Shown here: positions 39,001-50,800 of the stretch, piece after piece
How the letters are laid out: every line of letters starts with the position of its first letter
How positions within the stretch are numbered: position 1 is the first letter of the stretch
Origin: Azolla caroliniana
Lineage: Eukaryota; Plantae; Polypodiophyta
DNA: 64,000 nt
Direction: 5' to 3'
Assembly (NCBI GenBank): GCA_043228905.1
Contig: JBHGNT010000004.1
Coordinates: forward strand, 16,988,001-17,052,000
Notes under the pieces: generated by a model
The model's database searches: none
The model's input: the letters and a program-made list of their open reading frames with translations, nothing else
What the model was told of the DNA's origin: nothing
Position numbers and translations under genes: made by a program

Positions 39001-42000
39001 CTAAATCTCTTTAGGTACTTGTGCATGTTTCTTTGCAGTCTGATACTTGAGTTGCTGTGAGATCTTCATTAAGATATTTTGTCGGCCTTGAGTGCTCTTC
39101 TCTTAGATAGGAGAGATTAAAGACTTAGGTCAAAACTCATCTTCTCCCACCCTCCGTGCTAAAGCAATTAAAATATTTATGCCTCTATCCTTATTCCGAG
39201 ATTTTGGCATCTTTTTGTGGGCCTCCTTTTTCATCCCGCTCAACAACTCATCCATGCAATGCATGAGTTTTCCTTTTGATTTCTTCGTCTAATATGATCT
39301 TCATCATTTTTTACTTACCCACTTGTGCTCCTTTTTGCTTTTTGACTACCTCTATCCAATGAGAATTTGCTTTTATTTCTTTCCAAGAATGGTCAACTTG
39401 AGCTTTGATTTTTAGCTACCTTTGTACATGTTTTCATTTCCATTTCTATATTTTCTTTTCTTGTAAATATGCATTTTTCAATTGCCTTTTGACTGTTCTT
39501 TAGATCTACTTTAATGTCTTGATTCATTGATGCTAACTTGACCTTATTTGATGATATTTCAGCTTTTCGGTGCTTTGGCTTGCCATCTTTGACTTTTAAA
39601 TTCAATTGGGTTACAAGGCTTACGATGTCATTTTGTAGTGCTTCTAGTAGTTCATATTGAAAAAGGCATGCAGTTCTACTTTCTACTTTTTTAATTCTCA
39701 TTGTATTCTATGTTGCATATCCTCTTTCAAGGCAGTTTCTATATTATATCTCATGTGATTGACTTCGTCAGTAATCAATTGGTGTAATATATCATCTTTC
39801 TGCTCATCTCCATCTAATGAGGCTTGAATTTTGGGTATAATGTTCTCGTTTTTGAGGATTGCTTGGGCTGGCCCCCTCCCTTTCCTACTCTTGTATGTTC
39901 GTGGAGTCTTCTACATATTTGTAACTTTTCCTGAGTCTCTAGAGCTGCAGCATAATTAACTATCTACGAATAGTCCATAATGTTTTGGAAGACAATATAT
40001 CCAGCAGAGATTCAGCAGTGTTAAGCAGGGGCAGAGAGAGGGTAAATTCAATAGAGATTAACGAAAGGAGCTGAGAGCAGGTCAGGGAACTGCTGGACCC
40101 ACACACACAGACACATAGAAAGAGACAGCGACAGAGGCAGAAGCAGATGCAGAGCCAGATATAGAGAGATGCACAATAGTTCTTTTTTGGGTGTCTTCCC
40201 TTTATATATATATATATAGTTAAAGTGTGCTATGGGTGTTCACGCCCGTGATCTAATAAAAGGCATGATGATCCTTTATTTCCAACAACCTCCCACCTAA
40301 AGGCAACGTACCTTGAGAGGAGAAAGGATCAACTAAGTTTAAGTATGTACAGAGCTGAAATACATATATCTATATAACTCCCATCATTTGTCGGCAGTGA
40401 GCAAACCGCTGTGCAAGAAAACTATTCGTGTGAAGATCTATTGGGTTATCATCTGTATACACTTTGACAAGCTCAATGCTATTGCCGTCAAGTACATCTC
40501 TGATGAAGTTATACTTCACCTGTATGTGCTTTGTCATTGCATGAGACAGGATTCTGTACTTACATCATATCACTTTTGACTGTCACATGAGCAGGTAACC
40601 TCTATGCCCCACCAGACATTAAATCCATAAAAAATTTTCTAGCATGCCTCAGTGGCAGCCACATACTCTGATGAATCATGACTCTGTAGTAGACAATGTA
40701 ACACACTTTTGTGGCCTGGAAATCCAAGAGATTGCTCCTCCTGTGAATGTACAAACATACCCAGAAGTGGACTTTCTGCAGTCTAGATACAGCATAGTCC
40801 GCATCCGTAAAGTCAACGACATATGCCTTTTGCTTTCCAAAGCAGATGCACAAATCCTTAAACTTGCGATGAGGGGTGACGTGAAAAGAAGCACCTGAAT
40901 TGAGAATCCAAGTATGCATATCACCATTCGTATCTGCAAGTAAAGCATGGGCATTATAGTATGAAGAAATGAAGAGAATGCCATTCCTATTGTTGCTGTC
41001 ATGAGTGACTACATCAAGTCTTCAATTGTAACACTGCTCTTCTTAGGTTGATTCTCTTTCATCTCTTCTTCGCTATCATCTGTCTTCTTGCCCTTTCCTT
41101 TCTCTTTCTTCCATTTGTAGCAGTCATGTTTAAAGTGATCCTTCTTGCCACAATGATGGCATTCTATATCTTTACTACGTGATTTACCACAGCCTTTGCT
41201 ATCAGATTTTCCCTCTACTGTGACCCGCCACTAGTATGCAAAGCACTAGAGGACGTACTGGATCTCTTCCGTGAGTAGAGAACTCTCTACATCAGCATAC
41301 AAAAGCATAGCATTTAAATTGCTCATGGCAGTCCTAAAGATATCCCAGCTCTCTAGCAAAGTCCAAATAATTTTTTTTGCCTTAAACTCATCATTAATAT
41401 CGAATTTCAAAGGCAACCATCTAGCTGAAAATAGAATTTAACTCACTCAAGTGAGTTGACATGGGTGTACCCACTTTCATGCCAAATCCATAAACTTTTT
41501 CAGCCAATAAACTTTGCTAGCGACACTTTTCTAGATAGACAATTCTTGGAGTTTGTCCAGATCCATAAGCAAAATCCAAACTTTTAATGTTAAACAACAA
41601 GGCATCAGAGACTGATAGCTCAATGGTTGAACATACAAGCTCGTTCAACTCCTCGTAGTTATCCTGATCCATATCTGTAGGCCTTACTGCTTTGATCTTG
41701 ATTGGCTTTTCTTGCTTCTTCCGCAACAGGATATTATAACACTACTTTGTGCACGAGATAATTACAACAAGATAATTACCATCTTGTGGAAAAATTACCT
41801 AAACTTCTTGATATGCACGAGATGGTAATTATCCTGCTTCCAGACAAAATTTGTGATATGATCTCACTCATACGGAAGTTACAAATAAACTTAGACACAC
41901 AAAAATAAACGAGTAGCACATGATTTACGTGGAAAACCCTGATTTCAGGGAAAAACCACGGAACAGAAATTTCCACTATGAAGTAAGACAAAATACAATC

Positions 42001-45000
42001 ACGGAATGATAGAACCTGATCTGGTCTGAGTGTACTCTGAAACCACGATTTCAGCCAAGCGCACCAAACCCTAACTCGTAGATATCTATCCCTTTTGAAG
42101 CTTCCAAAGCTTCTCTGTTTTGTCACTCTTCCTTTCTGTTACACTCTTCGTTCTTCCTCTCACATTCAGCTTTCAGATCTATGCCACCCGCACAGCCACT
42201 ACTGTGTTTTCTCTCAGTTGTTCTCTATGTTGCTCTTCTCTTGCAACGCGCTCACTTTTTCACATAAGTATGCTTTCACACTTTTTCTCACTGTTTTTAC
42301 TCTCAGTGAGTTATCCCACATACAAACGCAACTAGTTCCACTCTTACTATATATACTAGCTCATCTCATATACATATATAAGAACACACACACACATATA
42401 TATATATATGTATATGTTTGTCCGAAGTTCTATTAGGCTGACTCCCATTCGACCGAAATACCATTTCGGTTTTCGACCAATTTCGGTCAGCCAACTCATT
42501 TCGGCTTCTTAACCGATTTCGGCCATTTCGGCTCCTCAACGATTTCGGCCAGCTGACACATTTCGGCTCCTCAACCGATTTCAGCCAGCCGACTCCCCCG
42601 AAAAGGAGGGACTATCTACATAACAAACTCCCCTTTCACTGCTGTAGGGGGAGAGTCAACCAAACCAGTCTTTTGCCGGCACGCAACAAGTTTTTCCATA
42701 GGCAAGACTTTAGTAAGCATATCTGATCCATTTTCGTTAGTATGGATCTTCGCTAAGGCGAACTCATTTTCTTCCACTCTCTCTCGCAACCAATGATACC
42801 TCCTTTGAATGTGCTTTGTACGAGAATGATAGGCAGCATTCTTCGCAAGGTGTATTGCACTCTGATTATCACAATGAAGTAGGAATGTTCCTTGTTTCAT
42901 TCCTAGTTCACTTAAAACATCTCTCATCCAAATTAATTCTTTTCCGGTTTCCACTGCAGCCATATATTCAGCCTCTGTGGTTGACAAAGCCACAGCCTTT
43001 CATCGCATACCCTGATGTGGATTGGCTGGAGTCTACATCACCCGACATATCAGAATCTGTGAAACCTTCGAGCATAGGTTTCCTGGAGCCATATCTAAGG
43101 CATACACTCGAAATTCCTTTGAGGTATCTGAGTATCCATTTTATGGTTGCCCAATGCTCCTTTCCAGGATTACTCATGTATCGACTAACTGTCCTAACAG
43201 CAAATGCAATGTCCGGCCTTGTGCAGACCATAGCATACATTAAGCTACCAACAGCCGATGCATATGGCACCCTCCTCATTCTCTGCCTTATCTTTCTCAG
43301 CTTTCGGACATTGTCTTGAATTTAGCTTACAATCCACCGGCAATGGAGATCCAACCAATTTTGCATTGTACATGTTCAACCTTTGCAACACTTTCATCAC
43401 ATATTTCTCTTGTGACAGCCATAGCATGTTTTTAGTCCTGTCCCGGACTATATTCATTCCCAAAATCTGTTTTGCCGGTCTTAAGCCTTTCATGGCAAAA
43501 GATTTGCTCAAAGCTTTCTTCAAGCTTGCAATCTTTTTACCATCCTGTCCAACAACCAACATATCATCCACATATAACAAAAGAATAAGAAAATCACCTT
43601 CATCATACCTTTTCACAAATACACAATGATCAACTTGTGTTTTGTGGAATCCATGTTCCAACATGAAGAACTCAAATTTCTTATACCATTGTCGTGGGGC
43701 TTGCTTTAGCCCATACAAGCTTTTCCTCAACCTACATACGAGGTTCTCTTTTCCTTTTACCTCAAAGCCCTCCGGCTATTGCATATAGATTTCCTCTTCT
43801 AACTCACCGTGCAGGAAGGTTGTTTTAACATCCAATTGTTCAATTTCCAGATTCATACTAGTGGCCATACTCAAAACAGTCCGGATAGAGGTCATCTTGA
43901 CAACTGGAGCAAAAATCTCATCAAAATCAACATCCTTTTTCTGTTGGAAACCCTTCACGACAATGCGGGCCTTATACCTGGGTGTACTTCCGTCTTCTCC
44001 AGTCTTTAATTTGTAGACCCATTTGTTTCTAAGTGCCTTCTTACCATCAGGCAGCTCCACTAGCTCATAGGTGAGGTTCTCATGCAAGGACTCCATTTCC
44101 TCTTGCATGGCATTATATCATTTATCCTTGTGTACATCAGTCATGGCCTCTTCATAGTATTCTGGTTCCTCTTCATCAGTCAAGAGGATATATTGACTGG
44201 CTGGAGAATGAGAGGACGTCTTCCTTTGTCTTTGTGGATATCTTCTTCCTTCAATGACCGGCTCAGATTCAGTTTCATCCAACAACTCATCTTCCGAGTT
44301 AGATTCGTGTGCATCAATTTGTTGTTGAGTGTCGGCTGACTCAGATTCGGCTTCATCAGCCGGCTGCTGTCTGCCGACTGGTTGTGTGGGAGTGAGATCG
44401 ACTAGTGTCAACTCCGTAACAGTAGTCGATTGGGAAGACGACTCTGGTCTCTGCAGTTTCCAGTCTTCTATTGTCTTATCTTCCATGAAGATAACATCAC
44501 GACTTCTTATCACCTTCTTATCAAAGAGATCCCACATCCTATACCCGAACTCGTCTTTTGAGTATCCCAAGAATATACAAGGTTTGGACTTGCTGTCCAG
44601 CTTTGACTTCTGATCTTTAGCAACATGTACATAGGCCAAGCATCCAAACACCTTTAAGTGCTGATAAGACACATTCCTTCCTGTGCACACCCTCTGTGGT
44701 ACATTCCCCTTCAGGAGCACTGATGGAGACTTATTTATGAGATAAACAGCCATCAACATTGCCTCAACCCAATACGACTTTGACAGTTTTGCATGCACCA
44801 ACATGCTTCTTACTCTTTCCATTATAGTCAAGTTCATTTTCTCAGCTAGACCATTTAGCTCAGGTGTCTTCGGCACCGTATACTCAAGTTTGATGCCTTG
44901 AGTCTTGCAATACATCTCAAATTGGCCTCTATGACTCACCACCATTATCTGTCCGGACAGCCTTCAATTTCTGTCCAGATTCCCTTTCCTCCCTTACATA

Positions 45001-47864
45001 AAACTCTTTAAAGACCGACATCACTTGGTCTTTAGACACCAACACATAAGCCCACACCTTTCTACTGAAGTCATCAATAAATGTGACGAAGTATTGTCCA
45101 CCACGGTGTGATGGGGCATCCACATAACACACATTTGTGTGAACCAGTTCTAAAGCATGTTCTCTTCTCATCGGAGGCCTAGACTGAAAGGCTGTTCTAT
45201 TTTGCTTTCCAGCCAAGCAGTCCACACACTTTTCAAGGTGTATTCCTTTCAGCTCTGGTAGAAAATCCTTTTCCGCAAGGATATGCATTCCCCTTTCGCT
45301 CATGTGTCTGAGCCATTTATGCCACAACTCACCATCTGAGTCAGCCACTACATTTGCTTCATCTCGGCACAACTTTGCATGCATTACATACAATGTGTTC
45401 CGTTTTTGGGCTCGAGCCACAATCAGGCTCCCTTTACAAAATTTCCATGTACCATTTCGAAAACCACTGCTGTAGGCTTTGTTGTCTAGCCGTCCAACCG
45501 ATATCAGATTCAATCTGACATCCGGAACATGGCGTACATCCCTGAACGTTAACCTGCAACCAGTAGATGTTAGCAAACACACATTTCCGATGCCCACAAT
45601 CTTGCATTCACCATCATTTTTCATCCTTACGTAGCCATAGTTACCGGCTGTGTAAGATGAGAAACATTCTCTTTTGGGAAGTAGGTGGAATGAAGCAATG
45701 GAATCCACTACCCATGAGCACTCAGCATTTGCAAGGTTTACACTACCTTGTTCACAAATAAATAGCATTTCTTCTTCACTAGTTGCAATGGCTAAGGTGT
45801 TTTTATCATCACAGATTTTTCTGGGTTCGACCTCAAGCATGCCTTTGTCCTTCTTAAGGTGCCGACAATTCTTTTGGAAGTGACCAGGCTTCCCACAATA
45901 GAAGCATGTAGGTCTTCCTCTAGATTTCGACCTTGCATAAAACCTATCTCCATCTTCTGGACTTCTATGTTCTATTCTTCCTCTACTAAGTTCTTGGGTC
46001 ACATTAGCTTCCGATTGAGACAAGGCACTTTTATCCTTTCTTCTTGTCTCTTCATTTAAGATACTTGTTTTTACTACCTGTAAAGATAGGTTGTCTTCTT
46101 TACATGAAGTGCTGAGTGTCATTATTAAATTATCCCAACAATCCGGTAGAGTACACAGTAATAGTGTGGCTTGCATAACATCATCTAATGGGACCTTCAC
46201 TGATGCTAACTGATTCACCAATCCCATGAAGGTACTGATGTGCTCTACAATGCTCTCCCCATCAACTTACTTTAGTCTCACTATTTTCCTCATTAGAGAA
46301 GTCTTATTTAGGGCATTTTTCCTTTCGTAAAGTGCAGAGAGTTTATGCCATAACTTGAAGGCATTGGTATCACTTGCTACATGTTGTAGGACGCTAATAT
46401 CTACATATTGTCTTATAGTTGCCACTGCCTTTCTATATATAGTTTTCCACTGAGATTCTATTACCCCTACCCGTATATCCTTATTTTCTATAGGCTCATA
46501 TAAATCTTTGACTATGAGAAGATCTTCCATTTTGATCTTCCAGTCTGAGTAGTTTTGTGAGTTTAGGACAATCATCCCTGGAAAGCCACTCACACCCCCT
46601 TCTATCTAGAACCTATGCTCTGATATCAAATTGATATGATCTCACTCATACGGAAGTTACAAATAAACTTAGACACACAAAAATAAACGAGTAGCACACG
46701 ATTTACGTGGAAAACCCTGATTTCAGGGAAAAACCACGGAACAGAAATTTCCACTATGAAGTAAGACAAAATACAATCACGGAATGATAGAACCTGATCT
46801 GGTCTGAGTGTACTCTGAAACCACGATTTCAGCCAAGCGCACCAAACCCTAACTCGTAGATATCTATCCCTTTTGAAGCTTCCAAAGCTTCTCTGTTTTG
46901 TCACTCTTCCTTTCTGTTACACTCTTCGTTCTTCCTCTCACATTCAGCTTTCAGATCTATGCCACCCGCACAGCCACTACTGTGTTTTCTCTCAGTTGTT
47001 CTCTATTTCGCTCTTCTCTTGCAACGCGCTCACTTTTTCACATAAGTATGCTTTCACACTTTTTCTCACTGTTTTTACTCTCAGTGAGTTATCCCACATA
47101 CAAACGCAGCTAGTTCCACTCTTACTATATATACTAGCTCATCTCATATACATATATAAGAACACACACACACATATATATATGTATATGTTTATTCGAA
47201 GTTCTATTAGGCCGACTCCCATTCGACCGAAATACCATTTCGGTCAGCTAACTCATTTCGGCTTCTTTCGGCCAGCCGACACATTTTGGCTCCCTAACCG
47301 ATTTCGGCCAGCCGACTCTCGAGTCGGCTTTTCGGTCGACTCCCCCTAAAAGGAGGGACTATCTACATAACAATTTGTAGCCAAAGGAAAATGCCCAAAC
47401 CCCATAAACTCTTGCTTGATATACATGAGATGGTAAGATCAGTGTTTAAGGGACTTGCTTGCAAAGAACCTATGTGAGCAAAACGTGATGGACTGCAGCA
47501 CCTTGTCTGTCTCCTGCCTATTCTGACCTGTAATGAGCTGTGCTAACTGTCCCCTGCGCTGAAAATGTTGATGGCATTTGAAAGATCTCCAATATGGGCA
47601 AATCCAATGATGAAGGGGTCTCTAAAAAGAGGGGAGTACTGTCACTGCTGGGTGATAATTTAATAACAAGGGTTATGGGTTCATGGTCCAAATGGCATCT
47701 ATAACAAACTGTTATGTAAGATTGTCCCTCCTTGTGGGGGAGTCGGCTGGCCGAAATCGGTTGAGAAGCCGAAATGAGTCGGCTTACCGAAATCAGCTGA
47801 AAAAGCCGAAACGGGATTCGGTCGAATGGGAGTCGGCTGAATAGAACTTTGAACGAACATATAC

Positions 47865-47895
<31 letters not shown>

Positions 47896-50800
47896 ATTCA
47901 TATATATGTGTAGGAGATTAGTTAGTATATATAGGTAGAGTCGTATTGGCTGCGTATGTATGTGGGATAAGTCACTGAGAGTAAAAATAGTGAGAGCAAC
48001 GCTAAAGTAAATAGAAGTGAGTGAACGTGTGTGATATATATAGAAGGTGTTGCAAGAGAAGAGTCACACAGAGAACGGCATAGAGCTAACACAGTAGTGG
48101 CTATGCGAGTGCCATAGCTCAGAAGTTGAGCGTGAGAGGAAACAAAGGAAGAAGAGTGTAACAGAAAGACAAGAAAAGACAAATCAAGAAGCCGTGAAGG
48201 CTTCGAAAGAGATAGATACCTACGAGTTAGGGTTTGGTGTACTCGGCTGAAATTGTGGTTTCAGAGTACAACCATACCAAATCAGGTTCTATCATTTTGT
48301 GATTGTATTTCGTCTTATCTCATAGTGGAAATTTTTGTTCCCGTGGTTATTCCTTGAAATCAGGGTTTTCCACGTAAATCGTGTGCTACTTGTTTTACAT
48401 CTGTTTGTGTCTGAGTTTATTTGTAACTTCCGTCTGAGTAGAAATCATAACAAATTGGTATCAGAGCAAAGGTTGTAGATGGAAGGGGGTGTGAGTGGCT
48501 TTCCAGGGATGATTGTCCTAAACTCACAAAAGTACTCAGACTGGAAGATCAAAATGGAAGATCTTCTCATAGTCAAAGATTTATATGAGCCTATAGAAAA
48601 TAAGGATATACCGGTAGGGGTAATAGAATCTCAGTGGAAAAACTCTACATAAAAAGGCAATGGCAACTATAAGACAGTGTGTAGACATTAGCGTCCTACA
48701 ACACGTAGCAAGCGATACCAATGCCTTCAAGTTATGGCATAAACTCTTTGCCCTCTATGAAAGGAAAAATGCCCTAAATAAAACTTCCTTAATGAGGAAG
48801 ATAGTGAGACTAAAGTACGTAGATGGGGAGAGCATTGTAGAGCACATCAGTACTTTCATGGGACTGGTAAATCAGTTAGCATCAGTGAAGTTCCCATTAG
48901 ATGATGCTATGCAAGCCACACTACTACTATGTACTCTACCGGATAGTTGGGAAAACCTAATAGTGACACTCAGTACGTCATGTAAAGAAGACAGCCTATC
49001 TTTACAAGTAGTAAAAAAAAGTATTCTAAATGAAGAGACAAGAAGAAAGGATAAAAGTGCCTTGTCTCAATCATAAGCTAATGTGATCCAAGAGCTTAGT
49101 AGAGGAAGAAGAGAACATAGAAGTCTAGAAAATGGAGATAGGTTTTATGCAAGGTCGAAATCTAGAGGAAGACCTACATGCTTTTATTGTGGGAAGCCTG
49201 ATCACTTCCAAAAGAATTGTTGACACCTTAGAAAGGACAAAGGCATGGTTGATGAGGTCGAACCCAGAAAATTTTCTGATAATAAAAATGTTGGATGGTG
49301 GCAGCTCCAGACCTGCACTCTCTTTCATATTTATTATCTCTGTACTACATTCTCTCTTTTCCCAGATTCTTCCCTCTCTAGAATCTGCAACTCCTTTAAT
49401 GCCTTCTCTCTCTAGAATTTGTAATGCTTTAAATGCCTTTTTTCTCTTCTACTTTTTCCAAGATATTCCCGTTTATTCCTAGTTTTTTGTACCTGTTTGG
49501 TAGTACAAGAGCCACTTTACTACGAAACAACCATTTCACCCACTTTCCCCAATTTTGTATAAATAGGCTATACCAGCCTCTTTTGTAAAGACTTTTTTTA
49601 CTTTGGTTGCTACTTAAAAACAAGCTCTATTATTTGGCTGTGTCTCTACTCTTTGCAACCATTTTTCTACTACTGTCTAACAGCCTTCTCACGGCTTGGC
49701 TGTGTCTATTTTTTTCTAACTCTTTTGCTGCTGCTATTAACAGCTTTTCTCACAAAAAACACCTCAACCATTGTAACTAGTGAGGAAGAGATGTTATTTA
49801 TCCGTGAACAAGTTAGTGTGAATCTTGCAAATGCTAAGTGCTCATGGGTAGTGGACTCCGGTGCATCATTCCATCTAACTCCCAAAAGAGAATATTTCTT
49901 ATCTTACACAATTGGTGACTATGGCTGCATAAGGATGGGAAATGACGATGAATGCAAGATTGTGGGCATAGGAAATGTGTGTTTACTAACATCTATTGAC
50001 TGCAAGTTAACATTGAAGGATGTACGCCATGTTCCGGATGTCAGATTGAATCTGATATTGCGTGGACGGCGAGATGATGAAGGCTACGGTCGTGGCTTTC
50101 GAAATGGTACATGGAAGTTCTGTAAAGGGAGCCTGATTGTGGCTCGAGCCCAAAAACGAAACACATTGTATGTAATGCATGCAAAGTTGTGCCGAGATGA
50201 AGCAAATGTAGTGGCTGACTCAGATGGTGAGTTGTGGCATAAATGGCTCAGACACATGAGCGAAAGGGGAATGCATATCCTTGCGGAAAAGGATTTTCTA
50301 CCAGAGCTGAAAGGAATACACCTTGAAAAGTGTGTGGACTGCTTGGCTGGAAAGCAAAATAGAACAGCCTTTCAGTCTAGGCCTCCGATGAGAAGAGAAC
50401 ATGCTTTAGAACTGGTTCACACAAATGTGTGTTATGTGGATGCCCCATCACACCGTGGTGGACAATACTTCGTCACATTTATTGATGACTTCAGTAGAAA
50501 GGTGTGGGCTTATGTGTTGGTGTCTAAAGACCAAGTGATGTCGGTCTTTAAAGAGTTTTATGTAAGGGAGGAAAGGGAATCTGGACAGAAATTGAAGGCT
50601 GTCCGGACAGATAATGGTGGTGAGTCATAGAGGCCAATTTGAGATGTATTGCAAGACTCAAGGCATCAAACTTGAGTATACGGTGCCGAAGACACCTGAG
50701 CTAAATGGTCTAGCTGAGAGAATGAATCGAACCACAATGGAAAGGGTAAGAAGCATGTCGGCGCATGCAAAATTGCCAAAGTCGTATTGGGCTGAGCCAA

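Noticed and set aside
41776-42436. ORFs duplicated at 46626-47349 (MTKQRSF.., MKLPKLL..) as paralogous genes
   Set aside because: They lie wholly within the two LTRs of copia A and have no protein motifs.
47701-47715. The copia B target site (ATAACAAACTGTTAT) mimics the LTR termini
   Set aside because: It corresponds to pre-existing LINE sequence (copy 4 has GTAACCCCTTTGTTAT); with one example it is probably chance.
45400-50159. Inversion of the segment between the identical tracts
   Set aside because: A single crossover would swap LTR partners and TSDs; both elements retain matching LTR pairs and TSDs.
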